Of a DNA stretch of 64,000 bases, positions 39,643-52,167 are shown one piece after another. Both the position numbers and the translations under genes were made by a program. The notes beneath the pieces were generated by a model. It did no database searches and was not told the DNA's origin. It saw only the letters and a program-made list of their open reading frames with translations. This DNA comes from an uncultured Thiopseudomonas sp. Lineage in GTDB: Bacteria; Pseudomonadota; Gammaproteobacteria; Pseudomonadales; Pseudomonadaceae. Each line of letters begins with the position of its first letter. Positions within the stretch are counted from its first letter, which is position 1. The stretch spans positions 9,508-73,507 of the forward strand of contig CAYLOI010000007.1 in assembly GCA_964385265.1 (NCBI GenBank), in the 5' to 3' direction.

Positions 39643-39951
39643 TAGGCCTCCAGTTTATACAAGAGCAGCCCACCCCAGCGCCAAATACAGGTGTTGCCTA
39701 TGCGCTGAACTCGCTCTTGAAGCGGCTCATAGCAGTGGTAAAACTGGTAGGCAGCGCACTACTTACAGGCTCATTGCGCAGCTCACGAACAGGGTCGCTG
39801 GCATGGCCAGCTCATACAAGAACAGCACGCCAGCCGTAGAGCGCGGCCCTATGCGAGCGGGGCGTTGCCTGCGACCGCCTCACTGCAACTGGCTGTGTAT
39901 TTTTATGACGCGCAGTTACCTGCGCAGCCAAGGGTTAAACGATTGTTGCTG

Positions 39952-41685
<1,734 letters not shown>

Positions 41686-41701
<16 letters not shown>

Positions 41702-42228
41702 GAGGTTTCCTTTGTCTGTGCCTGCAGGATCTGCGTCTCTGATGCGTGTTCGCTGATTTGCACGGGGCAGCCATCAACCAGCTGAGTATAGAGTTCGATA
41801 ATGTCGTGATTGGCCATGCGGATACAGCCATGTGAGTGTGGCTGCCCGAGCAACGACTCTTCAGACGTGCCATGAATATAAATATAACGTCTAAAAGTAT
41901 CGCTTAGACCTAAGCGATTGCGTCCTAACTCACAGCCACTGAGCCACAGAATACGGCTTAAAATCCAATCACGTTGTGGGTAGGCTTGATCCAGCGCTGG
42001 CGACCACAGCTCGCCGGTCCAACGCCGCCCACGCAGGACGGCCATGGCCGGTAAATCAGTACCAATTTTTGCTCTAATATAATGCAAGCCACGTGGTGTA
42101 CAGCCTGAGCTGTTCTGCTCACCAGGGCCATTTAATGCGGTTGATATTGGATAGGTTGCCTGCCACTGCTGCTTAGAAAACGCATACAGGCGCTGTTCTG
42201 CAATCGACACATGCAGATAATCGATCAT
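41686..42228 (-). CDS. L,D-transpeptidase (YkuD) family protein
   Basis: The IYIHGT...HSHGCIRM active-site motif. Confidence 0.85.
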
Positions 42229-42245
42229 TGCTTCACCACACTCAG

Positions 42246-42932
42246 CTAAGGTTTCAAGGACTCTTTTTTAATCGCAGGCTGCATACCGACCGTATCGATA
42301 ACACTCTCTGCACGCAAACCCGCCGCTAAAAATGGGACCATTAAGCGCAACACTTGTTCAGTGTTCATATGCACCTTGTATTCAGTCTCAGCAATAGCGC
42401 GCAAGGCTTTAATACCTGACATGCTGAACGCCGCAGCGCCAATCATAAAGTGCACACGCCAAAACAGTTCAATGGGCTGAACTTCAGGAGCAGCCTTATG
42501 TAGCAGCAACATATAACGATGAAATACCTTACCGTACATATCATTGAGATAACGGCGCAAGTGCCCTTGACTTTGACTGAAGGCAAGGCCGAGCAGACGC
42601 ATAAATATCGATAAATCATTACCACTACGCGGCTTGACCGCGAGGGTTTGTTGCACCAGTACATCCAGCAGCAACTCAACCGTCCAAGCCGGCTGATCAA
42701 CAGCTGAGCGTCGATCTAGCTCCTCGTCTAAGCTGGCGCACAATGGCCCCAGAAACCTTGAAAAAACGGCTTGGATCAGCGATTTCTTAGAGCCAAAATG
42801 ATAGTTCACCGCTGCCAAGTTAACTTGCGCTTTACTGGTAATCAGGCGCAGCGAGGTTTCTGCAAAGCCTTTTTCAGCAAAGAGTATCTCTGCAACATCT
42901 AAAATTCGCTCTACTGTATCTGACTGAGCCAT
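42246..42932 (-). CDS. psrA: TetR-family regulator PsrA
   Basis: The N-terminus MAQSDTVERILDVAEILFAEKGFAETSLRLITSKAQVNLAAVNYHFGSKKSLIQAVFSRFLGP closely matches Pseudomonas PsrA as I remember it. The adjacency to nagZ is conserved. Confidence 0.8.
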   Translation of the reverse strand: MAQSDTVERILDVAEILFAEKGFAETSLRLITSKAQVNLAAVNYHFGSKKSLIQAVFSRFLGPLCASLDEELDRRSAVDQPAWTVELLLDVLVQQTLAVKPRSGNDLSIFMRLLGLAFSQSQGHLRRYLNDMYGKVFHRYMLLLHKAAPEVQPIELFWRVHFMIGAAAFSMSGIKALRAIAETEYKVHMNTEQVLRLMVPFLAAGLRAESVIDTVGMQPAIKKESLKP

Positions 42933-42954
42933 GCTATTTCACTCTAGATAAATA

Positions 42955-42974
42955 TTTCAAACATACGTTTGAAA
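42955..42974. promoter_or_regulatory. PsrA operator-like palindrome tttCAAACatacGTTTGaaa
   Basis: Matches the published PsrA consensus (G/C)AAAC-N2-4-GTTT(G/C). It lies 23 bp upstream of the psrA start. Confidence 0.65.
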
Positions 42975-43073
42975 AGCGTTTACTGTCAAGGTGCTTGAGT
43001 CAACAAAGAGAGCGACGCATAACGCTTAGTGCCGTATTTAGCTAAGTGTTATTGCGATACCCACTAAGCGCAA

Positions 43074-43907
43074 CTACTCTCCTGCCGATGCCCAGTCAAT
43101 AAAGCCTAACTGCCAAGTGGCCAAAATCAATAAGCCAAAGACAATACGATACCAAGCAAAGACAGCATAACTATTATTCGCAATAAACTTCAGCAACGCA
43201 CGCACCGCCAGCATCGCAAAAATAAAGGAGGTGACAAAGCCCAGGGCAAATACCGGTAAATCATCGCCGCTAGCGAACAGCTCACGATGTTTATACATAG
43301 AGTACACCGCAGCACCGACCATGGTAGGCATGGCTAAAAAGAATGAAAACTCAGTCGCGGCCTTGCGTGACAAACCAAAAAACAAACCACCAATAATAGT
43401 CGAGGCTGAACGCGAGGTGCCTGGCACCAAGGCTAAACATTGCGCACAACCAATCTTCAATGCCTGTTTCCAGTTCATATCATCTACAGTTTCGGCGGCA
43501 ATGGTATGTGTGCGTTTCTCCGCCCATAACATCACCACACCCCCCACCACCAGAGCAGTTGCTACGGTGATTGGGTTAAACAACCACTGCTCGATCAAGT
43601 CGGCAAAACTTAACCCCAAAACCACCGCAGGGAAAAAAGCCACCAGTAAGTTTGCGGTAAAACGCTGCGCACCCGCTTCGCTTGGCAAGCCAAGCACAAC
43701 GCTAACGATTTTGCGTCGATATTCCCACATCACCGCCAAAATTGCCGCCAGCTGAATAATAATGTTAAACGCTTTGGCACGCTGCCCGGTAAAGTTAATG
43801 GCATCAGCAACAATAATCTGGTGCCCCGTGCTAGAAACCGGTAGAAACTCAGTTAAGCCCTCTACCACACCTAAAATAATTGCCTGTACCGCGAGCCAAA
43901 TATCCAT
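43074..43907 (-). CDS. uppP: undecaprenyl-diphosphate phosphatase
   Basis: BacA family ([13 protein letters not shown]); 277 aa. Confidence 0.9.
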   Translation of the reverse strand: MDIWLAVQAIILGVVEGLTEFLPVSSTGHQIIVADAINFTGQRAKAFNIIIQLAAILAVMWEYRRKIVSVVLGLPSEAGAQRFTANLLVAFFPAVVLGLSFADLIEQWLFNPITVATALVVGGVVMLWAEKRTHTIAAETVDDMNWKQALKIGCAQCLALVPGTSRSASTIIGGLFFGLSRKAATEFSFFLAMPTMVGAAVYSMYKHRELFASGDDLPVFALGFVTSFIFAMLAVRALLKFIANNSYAVFAWYRIVFGLLILATWQLGFIDWASAGE

Positions 43908-44241
43908 AAGATCCTATTAAACTTTATCCTAGTAACAAAGCAGCGCATCTTACCTATATGCAGCCTTCTTTTCACTGAAAATCGTGGTTTATGAAGAGCT
44001 TAGCGATATTTAAAGCACTTAGTCGCATAGCCAACTAGAAGCAACACGCTTACTGTAGCAAAGTTAAAAACCTAAGCATTGCTTTGCCAAGCGCTCAGCT
44101 AATAATAAAATCAGCGTCTTTGATCAGCACACTGAAAATATTAAATATTTGCCCAATGCGTCCGATACAGCATTCAAGCACACAACATACCGATAACAAT
44201 CGCAGCCTAAACTGTGATTATGTTTTCTCTGGAGCTCCAGC

Positions 44242-45876
44242 ATGCAGTTTCTTCGTCAAATATCCATCAGCAAACGTCTTTGGCTTATTTTTCTGATAGC
44301 TGTCGGTATGTTTTTTGTTTTTGGTGCTTTAGCGCTGAAACAATCCTACGATTTGATGCATTCAGCTAAAGCAGTGAAAACACAGCATATTGTTGAGAGC
44401 ACTTTAGGCACACTGGAGTACTTTAGTGGTCTGGAAAAAAGCGGCGAGTTAACCACAGAGCAAGCACAAGAACACGCGCAAAAAGCATTGAGTAAACTGC
44501 GTTATGGTCGCAATGACTATGTTTGGATCAATGATTTAGCACCCAATATGATTATGCACCCCATGTCTCCCGCGCTCGACGGTAAAGACCTGTCAGGCTA
44601 CAAAGATCCCGATGGCAAACAAATTTTCAATGAATTTGTGCGCATTGCCAAACAGCAAGGCTCGGGCTTTTTCAGCTATCGCTGGCCGATGCCAGGCGCT
44701 AGTGCTCCGGTTGACAAAATTTCTTACGTACAGATTTTTAAACCATGGAACTGGGTCGTAGGTTCTGGCGTTTACTTAGATGATATTTACGCCGAGTTCC
44801 GTTCGGTTGCAATTAAAGCCGGCCTGATTAGCCTTGTTGTTATTGTATTTATTGCATTACTCATCATTAGCATCATGCGTAGCATCGTTGTACCGTTAGA
44901 AAACGTGGTCGCCGCTATGCACAACATTGCCAGCGGTGATGGCGATCTGACCCAAGAGTTAAACACGAATGGTAAAGATGAAATAGCTGAACTGAGTCAG
45001 AACTACAATACCTTCGCTTTGAAGCTGCGCACCACCATCAGTCATTTATTAACCAGCGCCACAACCTTGAAACAGTCAGCTGAAGCGCTTGGTCAGCAAG
45101 CCTCAGAAGCGCTCGATATCAATGAAAACCAATCACAACAAACCGAGCAAATCGCCACCGCGATCAACGAAGTCACCTATGCAGTACAAGACGTGGCTAA
45201 GCATGCTGAACAAGCCGCCTCTGAAGTCTCGCAAGCCACCGAGCAAGCTAGCGCTGGTCAAGCCAATATTGATAACAGCTTGCGCCAAACCGACTTGCTC
45301 TCAGCCACGATTGCACAAGCCGTTGAGGTGATGCAGAAACTGGCTGAAGAAAGCAGTCAAGTGGGTCGTGTACTGGATGTGATTCGCTCAATTGCTGAGC
45401 AAACCAACTTGCTCGCACTCAACGCTGCGATTGAAGCCGCGCGCGCAGGTGAACAAGGTCGTGGTTTTGCGGTTGTGGCTGACGAGGTGCGCTTACTCGC
45501 CCAACGCACACAACAGTCCACCGACGAAGTGCAAACCATGATTGAAAGCTTGCAGAATAATTCACAAGCAGCAGTTAATGTGATCAATGAAAGCAGCAGC
45601 ACAGCACAGGCCACCGTTGAGCAAGTACAGCAAGCGCATGAAAGCTTAACTAGCATCAGCAATGCGCTGCATACAATTAACGACCTCAATGCCTCTATTG
45701 CCAGCGCCACACTCGAACAATCGCATGTTGCCGAAGAGATCAACCAAAACGTTACTCGTGTGGCTGGCTTATCCCAATCAAGCAACGACTCGGCTCACCA
45801 GTTGAGCCAGTCCAGCGAGCAACTCAATCAATTGGCTTTGGAGCTTAATCAACAACTGGGACAGTTCAAAGTCTAA
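44242..45876 (+). CDS. methyl-accepting chemotaxis protein with a periplasmic Cache-like sensor
   Basis: Two TM helices, HAMP, and a conserved signalling hairpin ([32 protein letters not shown]). Confidence 0.9.
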   Translation: MQFLRQISISKRLWLIFLIAVGMFFVFGALALKQSYDLMHSAKAVKTQHIVESTLGTLEYFSGLEKSGELTTEQAQEHAQKALSKLRYGRNDYVWINDLAPNMIMHPMSPALDGKDLSGYKDPDGKQIFNEFVRIAKQQGSGFFSYRWPMPGASAPVDKISYVQIFKPWNWVVGSGVYLDDIYAEFRSVAIKAGLISLVVIVFIALLIISIMRSIVVPLENVVAAMHNIASGDGDLTQELNTNGKDEIAELSQNYNTFALKLRTTISHLLTSATTLKQSAEALGQQASEALDINENQSQQTEQIATAINEVTYAVQDVAKHAEQAASEVSQATEQASAGQANIDNSLRQTDLLSATIAQAVEVMQKLAEESSQVGRVLDVIRSIAEQTNLLALNAAIEAARAGEQGRGFAVVADEVRLLAQRTQQSTDEVQTMIESLQNNSQAAVNVINESSSTAQATVEQVQQAHESLTSISNALHTINDLNASIASATLEQSHVAEEINQNVTRVAGLSQSSNDSAHQLSQSSEQLNQLALELNQQLGQFKV

Positions 45877-45899
45877 CTGTATTACACTGTCTTTAATCC

Positions 45900-45932
45900 G
45901 CCCCTCTGCAGCACCTGCTCAGGGGCTGTTTT
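45900..45932 (+). terminator. possible Rho-independent terminator after the MCP gene
   Basis: gcccct-N15-aggggc followed by tgtttt. The stem is short. Confidence 0.4.
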
Positions 45933-45979
45933 ACTCACACTGCACAACATAACAGCACTGTATTTTACCCCAGAGCACT

Positions 45980-46477
45980 ATGCCTAACCTTATTCAAGAG
46001 CGCGTCGAAGCCTGTTTTAAAATCGCAGAGAGTCACTTTAACTGCTCACTGAAACGACCAGAAATCAGCTTCAAACTACGCGGCCAAAAAGCCGGGGTAG
46101 CGCACATTTGCGACAATCGTTTGCGTTTTAATCCGTTGTTGTACCAAGAGAACCCTGAGCATTTTTTATTGCACACGGTAGCGCATGAAGTGGCGCACCT
46201 AGTGGCTTATCGAGTGTACGGCAAGAGGATTCGCGCGCACGGTAAAGAGTGGCAAGCTGTGATGGAAAAGGTGTATGGCTTACCTGCCACTCGCTGTCAT
46301 AACTATGCGGTCAAACGCAAACCGACAACACACTATTTGTACAGCTGCCAATGCAGCACACGCGAGCCTTTTGCCCTCAGTGCACAGCGCCATGCGCGCA
46401 GCAATAAAGGCATGCGCTATATCTGTAAAACATGCCGTGCACAACTGCTTTACATTGATCAAACCGTTGAGCGCTAA
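45980..46477 (+). CDS. sprT: SprT-family zinc metalloprotease-like protein
   Basis: The HEVAHL zinc motif and a C-terminal Cys cluster (CQC..CKTC). Confidence 0.8.
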   Translation: MPNLIQERVEACFKIAESHFNCSLKRPEISFKLRGQKAGVAHICDNRLRFNPLLYQENPEHFLLHTVAHEVAHLVAYRVYGKRIRAHGKEWQAVMEKVYGLPATRCHNYAVKRKPTTHYLYSCQCSTREPFALSAQRHARSNKGMRYICKTCRAQLLYIDQTVER

Positions 46478-46500
46478 CCATTAAGCGCGGTAATACTAGT

Positions 46501-47871
46501 CTACTTATTGAGCGGAAAAACAATTCTAAATTGCGCACCACCGAGAACCGAGTCTTCGACAAACAGCTGTCCGCTATAGCTGTCGATAATGTCTTTAACC
46601 ACTGCTGTACCGATACCTTGCCCTGGGTATTGCGTATCTAAACGCTCACCGCGTTGTAAAATACGCTCACGCTGATGCTTAGGTACACCAGGGCCATCAT
46701 CTTCAACGATAAGCTCGCAGCCAGTCGCAGTTAGACGCGCGCTAATACGAACCTCACTGAGGCATAAGCGGTAGGCATTTTCTAGTACATTACCCAGTAA
46801 CTCCAACAACGCATCTTGCTCCACAGGCACCCGCAGCTCTTCAGCAAAGACTTGGGTTACAACCACACGCTTGTCTCGATACACTTTATCTAGAGCGCCC
46901 AACAAGCTTTCCAACAAGGGTTTAAGCCTAACCTGATAGCGCAACAGGCCGCTTTTACGCAAACTGGCACGCTGCAACTGATAACTAATCTGCTGACTCA
47001 TGCGATTGACCTGCCCCTGCAGGGTGTGGACTTGTTCGCTATTGTCAGGGTTGACCGCCAAGACTTCACCAACACCCTGTAAAACTGCCAGCGGGGTTTT
47101 TAAACTATGCGCAAGATCATCTAAGGAGTGGCGATAACGCTCACTTTGCTGGCGCTCACTTTCTAACAGGCGGTTTAACGAACGGGTTAAACGCAGTAAT
47201 TCGCGCGGATGCTCGTCACTCAATGCTGCTCGTTTACCGGTCTCAACTTCATCGAGCTCAGCACTGAGTCCGCGCAAACTTCGCACACCCCAGCCTAATC
47301 CTAGCCATAAAAAGCCCAATAGCAGCAACAAGGCGAAACCCAGCCAGACGTACAACTGTTGGCGTAAACTGGCATACATATTCTTATAATCACTGACCGG
47401 CTGCATGGTAACAATACTAAAATCAGCACTTTGTCCGCGCAGCAAATCAACTTCAACGTCATAGATAAAAAACTCACGCCCATCACTATCAGTGCTGCGT
47501 AAAAACTCATGTCCCTTACCATCGTATTTTGGTTGGTAGTCAAGCGTGATTGTTTTTGAGCGACTTGAGCGCCAGAGTAAATTACCTTTGTTATCGAAAA
47601 TCATGCCTGTTTGGCGCGCCGGCAGGATATCAAATTCCTCATCCGGGAGTTTTTCTGGCATCTGCAGTTGGCCTTTAGTGATACGCGCGGCCGAGATTAA
47701 GGCACTGGCATCAGCGGCTAAACGCTGCTCAATAGAGCCTTCCAGTGCAACAGTAAAAACCTGCTGCAGGGCTGGAAACAAAGCCAACATAAATAACGAC
47801 ACTGTCACTGCAGCGCCCAGCATTAGGCGCGTGCGCAGCGAGGACACTTTATTGTTTTTGCGGGTCAGCAT
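46501..47871 (-). CDS. phoQ: sensor histidine kinase PhoQ
   Basis: ..SLRTRLMLGAAVTVSLFMLALFPALQ.. resembles Pseudomonas PhoQ, with the H-box DLAHSLKTPL. I chose the ATG at 47871; the track ORF starts at a GTG at 47898. Confidence 0.8.
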   Translation of the reverse strand: MLTRKNNKVSSLRTRLMLGAAVTVSLFMLALFPALQQVFTVALEGSIEQRLAADASALISAARITKGQLQMPEKLPDEEFDILPARQTGMIFDNKGNLLWRSSRSKTITLDYQPKYDGKGHEFLRSTDSDGREFFIYDVEVDLLRGQSADFSIVTMQPVSDYKNMYASLRQQLYVWLGFALLLLLGFLWLGLGWGVRSLRGLSAELDEVETGKRAALSDEHPRELLRLTRSLNRLLESERQQSERYRHSLDDLAHSLKTPLAVLQGVGEVLAVNPDNSEQVHTLQGQVNRMSQQISYQLQRASLRKSGLLRYQVRLKPLLESLLGALDKVYRDKRVVVTQVFAEELRVPVEQDALLELLGNVLENAYRLCLSEVRISARLTATGCELIVEDDGPGVPKHQRERILQRGERLDTQYPGQGIGTAVVKDIIDSYSGQLFVEDSVLGGAQFRIVFPLNK

Positions 47872-47888
47872 ACTAAGATCAAGCTCGA

Positions 47889-48566
47889 TTATCGGCACAT
47901 ATGGGTAAACAAATAACCCTGCCCACGCACTGTTTCAATGGGTTTAAAGCCAGAGTCACCTTCAAGTTTACGCCTTAAGCGGCCGACCAACACCTCAATA
48001 ACATTCGGATCACGGTCTTCATCATCAGGGTAAAGCTGCTCGATGAGACGATCTTTAGATACCACCTGCTGATGGTGGCGCATTAAGTATTCAAGAATCC
48101 TGTATTCATAGGCGGTTAGCGCCAGACTTTGATTATGCAATGTGGCCTGCTTGCTGTTGAGATCCAACAGTAATGGGCCAGCACCTATGGTGGACTGCAC
48201 AAAGCCCGATGAGCGGCGCAATAAGGCATTTAAGCGTGCTTCAAGCTCTTCAAATTGAAAGGGTTTAACCACATAGTCATCGGCGCCTGCAGCTAAGCCC
48301 TCAACTTTATTTTGCCAATTACCACGGGCAGTTAACACCAAGATAGGAAACACTTTACCTTGATTGCGCAGTTCGCGAATTAAGTCCAGACCGTTCATGC
48401 CCGGTAGACCAAGATCAATAATAGCTAGATCATGATTGTATTCGCTGACTTTATAAAGTGCTTCTTCTGCATCCGCCACTGCGTCGACCACATGGCCCTG
48501 CTCACCTAAGCGTGTGTACAAATGGTGGCGTAGCAATGCTTCATCTTCAACGACTAACAGCTTCAT
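47889..48566 (-). CDS. phoP: OmpR-family response regulator PhoP
   Basis: MKLLVVEDEALLRHHLYTRLGEQGHVVDAV..DYVVKPFQFEELEARLNALLRR is near-identical in pattern to Pseudomonas PhoP. Confidence 0.85.
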   Translation of the reverse strand: MKLLVVEDEALLRHHLYTRLGEQGHVVDAVADAEEALYKVSEYNHDLAIIDLGLPGMNGLDLIRELRNQGKVFPILVLTARGNWQNKVEGLAAGADDYVVKPFQFEELEARLNALLRRSSGFVQSTIGAGPLLLDLNSKQATLHNQSLALTAYEYRILEYLMRHHQQVVSKDRLIEQLYPDDEDRDPNVIEVLVGRLRRKLEGDSGFKPIETVRGQGYLFTHMCR

Positions 48567-48668
48567 GCAGGGATCCCAAAATAGATTAGTTATGACCTAG
48601 AACACTATGAAAGAACGCGATTATTCTTCATTTAGGAAAATTATTGCCACTATAGTGCCTAAACAGGT

Positions 48669-48685
48669 CTGAACATCAGCTGAAC
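48669..48685 (-). promoter_or_regulatory. PhoP box GTTCAG-ctgat-GTTCAG with TATAGT -10 (48649-48654)
   Basis: A perfect direct repeat with 5-nt spacing on the minus strand, about 100 nt upstream of the phoP ATG. A TATAGT hexamer lies 14 nt downstream. Confidence 0.6.
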
Positions 48686-48708
48686 CGACAGATTAGCAAC
48701 TTAAACAA

Positions 48709-49845
48709 CTACTCATCTCGACGTAAATCGACCGGAATCTCAGGATCTTTAAGCATTGAAGGTTTTTTAGCTTTGCCTGCATGATACTGGCGCAATTGAT
48801 AGACGTAGGCTAATACTTGAGCAACAGCAAGGTATAATCCAGCAGGAATTTCTTGATCAACCTCAGTTGAGTAATACACAGCCCGAGCTAAGGCAGGCGA
48901 TTCCAACAGAATTATTTTATGTTCATTGGCGATTTCACGAATCTTTAACGCGGTATGATCACCACCTTTGGCCAATAAAATAGGTGCTTGTCCATTTTCG
49001 GCATCATATTTTAGCGCTACTGCAAAGTGCGTTGGGTTGGTAATAATCACATCAGCTTCGGGTACCGCACTCATCATGCGCCGTTCAGCCATCTCGCGTT
49101 GCAGCTGGCGAATGCGACCTTTAACCTCTGGCTTACCTTCGCTATCTTTATATTCGTCACGCACTTCTTGCTTGGTCATTTTCAACTTTTGTTTGCTATC
49201 CCAAATCTGAAAAGGAATATCCACAGCAGCAATAATAATTAAGCTGCAGGCCAACCAAAAAGCACTCCAGCCCACCACTTGCATACTGTGCAAAATAGCC
49301 ATCTCCAGTGGCTCTGCTGAAATCTGAATCAACTCATTGCGTGCTCGCGCCAAAACAAACAAAGCAACAGTTAATACAATAGAAAACTTGCCCAGCGCCT
49401 TCAGCAACTCAACGATCGACTTCATCGAAAACATGCGCTTGAGGCCAGATAGCGGGTTCATGCGGCTAAATTTTGGTGCTAAAGCCTCCATTGAGAACAG
49501 CCATCCGCCCAACGCCACAGGCCCGACGATCGCGGCGATTAGCAATACGAAAAACAAGGGGATTAGTGCATCACCTGCCATCTGTGCGGACTGCAAAAGG
49601 CTGATCGCCATATAGCGCTCATCGAGCAAGAGTTCGCGCGGTAAAGAAAAGTTCTTATACATCACCTGCATAATTCTTTCCCCCAGCGCCCCACCAAAGG
49701 TTAACAATCCACCTGTACCGGCCATCACCACGGCTAGGGTATTGAGCTCTCGTGAGCGGGCAATCTCGCCCTTTTTGCGTGAGTCTTGTTTGCGTTTCTC
49801 GGTAGCCTCTTCACTTTTCTCAGCACCGCTCTCACTTTCAGCCAT
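48709..49845 (-). CDS. flhB: flagellar type III export protein FlhB
   Basis: 378 aa with the NPTH autocleavage motif (ITNPTHFAVAL). Confidence 0.93.
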   Translation of the reverse strand: MAESESGAEKSEEATEKRKQDSRKKGEIARSRELNTLAVVMAGTGGLLTFGGALGERIMQVMYKNFSLPRELLLDERYMAISLLQSAQMAGDALIPLFFVLLIAAIVGPVALGGWLFSMEALAPKFSRMNPLSGLKRMFSMKSIVELLKALGKFSIVLTVALFVLARARNELIQISAEPLEMAILHSMQVVGWSAFWLACSLIIIAAVDIPFQIWDSKQKLKMTKQEVRDEYKDSEGKPEVKGRIRQLQREMAERRMMSAVPEADVIITNPTHFAVALKYDAENGQAPILLAKGGDHTALKIREIANEHKIILLESPALARAVYYSTEVDQEIPAGLYLAVAQVLAYVYQLRQYHAGKAKKPSMLKDPEIPVDLRRDE

Positions 49846-49857
49846 AACCGCTCTCCG

Positions 49858-50634
49858 TTATTGCGCTTGCGCGAGGCTGCGCAACATAAACAAAGCATCA
49901 CTGGCAATGCGCTGGTATTGCGCCAAGATATCCGAAGTCGAGATCCAAAAAATGATCAAGCCCATCACCAAAGTCAAAGGAAAACCAATCGTAAAAATAT
50001 TCAATTGCGGTGCTGCTCGGGTCATCACGCCAAAAGCAATGTTAATCACTAACAAGGCACTGACTGCTGGTAATGCCAGTAACAAAGCCGCACCAATCAC
50101 CCAACTCAAGCGCCCTGCCAAAATGGCAAAGTTGCCGATCTCTAAAGTTTGGCCAACTGGCAAGGTTACAAAACTTTCTGCTAGCACTTCAAACACCACC
50201 AAATGGCCGTTCATTGCTAAAAACAACAATGTCACCAGCATCAATAAAAACTGCCCTAATACCGGCACAGATACTCCGGTTGCTGGATCCATCATCGAGG
50301 CAAAGCCCAGTCCCATTTGCATGGATACCATTTGCCCAGCAAAAACAAAAATATGGAAAAACAATTGCAGAGAAAAGCCCAGCATTGCACCAATAATGAT
50401 TTGCTCGGCAATCAGTAGGATACTTCTTAGGCTCAAAGCATCGACCTGCGGCATCTCAGGTAAGACCGGCACCAAGGCCAAGGTTATTGCCAATGAAAAA
50501 TATAAACGTACCCGCTGCGGCACCAACTGGGTACCAATAATCGGCATAACCATCAACAGTGCAGCAATGCGAAACAGCGGCAACAGAAAACTGCTAATCC
50601 AACCAGCAATCTGTGCGCTGTCGAGCTCTAACAT
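49858..50634 (-). CDS. fliR: flagellar export protein FliR
   Basis: 258-aa polytopic membrane protein in the expected operon position. Confidence 0.9.
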   Translation of the reverse strand: MLELDSAQIAGWISSFLLPLFRIAALLMVMPIIGTQLVPQRVRLYFSLAITLALVPVLPEMPQVDALSLRSILLIAEQIIIGAMLGFSLQLFFHIFVFAGQMVSMQMGLGFASMMDPATGVSVPVLGQFLLMLVTLLFLAMNGHLVVFEVLAESFVTLPVGQTLEIGNFAILAGRLSWVIGAALLLALPAVSALLVINIAFGVMTRAAPQLNIFTIGFPLTLVMGLIIFWISTSDILAQYQRIASDALFMLRSLAQAQ

Positions 50635-50646
50635 GATCTATCCAAC

Positions 50647-50916
50647 TCAACCAATCACATTGGGAATGCTATGAATCAGTCGCGTGGTGAACGCCATCCA
50701 CTGGCTGAACAACCATGGCCCCAATATAGTTAGGGTCAAAAAACTAACCATCAAGCGCGGTAAAAAACTTAAGGTTTGCTCGTTAATCTGGGTAGCGGCC
50801 TGAAACATCGCCACCAACAAACCCACCAGCAAACTGGGGATAATAATAGCTGCGACAACCAAAGCCGTACTGGATAGTGCTTCGCGAAAGATATCTACTG
50901 CAACTTCAGGTGCCAT
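50647..50916 (-). CDS. fliQ: flagellar export protein FliQ
   Basis: 89 aa with two TM helices, in the expected operon position. Confidence 0.9.
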   Translation of the reverse strand: MAPEVAVDIFREALSSTALVVAAIIIPSLLVGLLVAMFQAATQINEQTLSFLPRLMVSFLTLTILGPWLFSQWMAFTTRLIHSIPNVIG

Positions 50917-50925
50917 AACCTTCTC

Positions 50926-51687
50926 CTAGAGCGTGCCAAAACTACTGGCTAAAGTGCCGATAATCAGTGCCCAACCATCCACCAACACAAATAACATGAT
51001 TTTGAATGGCAAAGAAATAATCAAGGGTGACAACATCATCATCCCCATTGCCATCAAGATACTGGCGACAACCAGATCAATGATCAAAAACGGAATAAAA
51101 ATCATAAAGCCGATCTGAAATGCAGTTTTCAGCTCTGAGGTAACAAACGCCGGGATCAAAATAACTAATGGCGTCTCCTCTGCAGATTCAATATCAGTGC
51201 GCTTAGCCAGTCGTATAAACAACTCCAAATCTGACTCACGGGTTTGCGCCAGCATAAAGCCACGAATGGGGTCTTCGGCAACAGTCAGTGCTTGCTGCAC
51301 GCTGAGTTCTTCATTCAAGTAGGGCTGTAATGCTTCTTGATTAATCCGATCAAAAACTGGCGCCATAATAAACAGCGTCAAGAAAATAGTCAGGCCCACT
51401 AAAATCTGATTGGACGGCGTTTGTTGCAAGCCCAGCGCTTGTCTCAGGATAGAAAAAACAATAATAATTCGAGTAAAACAGGTCATTAACATGACAAACG
51501 CTGGGATAAAACCCAGCGCTGTCATAATCAGTAGAATCTGTAAACTAACCGAGTATTCCTGCTGGCCAGCTGCATCAGTGGTGAGCTTGATTGCAGAGAC
51601 CAATAAAGGATCATCCGCCGCAAATACCCCTGAGCTACAAAACAGCAGCCCTGTCGCCAGCAACAAACGTACAAGCAAAGCAGTCAT
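50926..51687 (-). CDS. fliP: flagellar export protein FliP
   Basis: 253 aa, signal peptide plus the conserved FliP core (..[26 protein letters not shown]). Confidence 0.93.
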   Translation of the reverse strand: MTALLVRLLLATGLLFCSSGVFAADDPLLVSAIKLTTDAAGQQEYSVSLQILLIMTALGFIPAFVMLMTCFTRIIIVFSILRQALGLQQTPSNQILVGLTIFLTLFIMAPVFDRINQEALQPYLNEELSVQQALTVAEDPIRGFMLAQTRESDLELFIRLAKRTDIESAEETPLVILIPAFVTSELKTAFQIGFMIFIPFLIIDLVVASILMAMGMMMLSPLIISLPFKIMLFVLVDGWALIIGTLASSFGTL

Positions 51688-52163
51688 TGCGCATCCTTTG
51701 CAGAGCTTTTTAAAACGTTCGCCAAGCGCTGAGCGAAGGCGGAGGATACCCTCTGCTGCGGCGAACTAACTGCCACTGGCTCTTGCAAGACATGCAAAGG
51801 CACGATAGTACCCGGTGTTAAACCCAGTAATATTTGCTCTGTGCCGACCTGTACCAACAACAACCGGTCACGTGGTCCCAATGCTTGAGTCGCCAACAGA
51901 GAAATAACCTGCTGCGAGCCTTTAACAGGCAAGCTGTGCTGAATACGGCGCACCACCCAAGCGAGCAAAAATATCAAGCCGATGACCAACAACAAGCCAA
52001 CCGCTAATTGCAGTAATTGCCCACTAACCTGGCCTGACTCAAGCATGCCACTATTGCTGGGCACGACTGTAGCGACTTTGGCCTCACTGCTTTTTGTTGC
52101 AGTCAGGACATCGTCTGCCCAAGCAGTGCAAGAGGCAAACATCAGCATAATAAAAAGGCGCAT
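51684..52163 (-). CDS. fliO: flagellar protein FliO
   Basis: 159 aa with a single TM helix. There is a 4-nt overlap with fliP. Confidence 0.8.
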   Translation of the reverse strand: MRLFIMLMFASCTAWADDVLTATKSSEAKVATVVPSNSGMLESGQVSGQLLQLAVGLLLVIGLIFLLAWVVRRIQHSLPVKGSQQVISLLATQALGPRDRLLLVQVGTEQILLGLTPGTIVPLHVLQEPVAVSSPQQRVSSAFAQRLANVLKSSAKDAQ

Positions 52164-52167
52164 AGTT

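Noticed and set aside
49742-50674. A 310-aa plus-strand ORF, plus similar long antisense ORFs at 31209-31880, 43231-43755, 28308-28829, 15095-15661 and 22720-23121.
   Set aside because: Each lies entirely antisense to a well-supported conserved gene (fliR/flhB, the oxidoreductase, uppP, the kinase, tgpA, DUF4389). Their composition is low-complexity or Ser/Ala/Lys-skewed and they carry no recognisable motifs.
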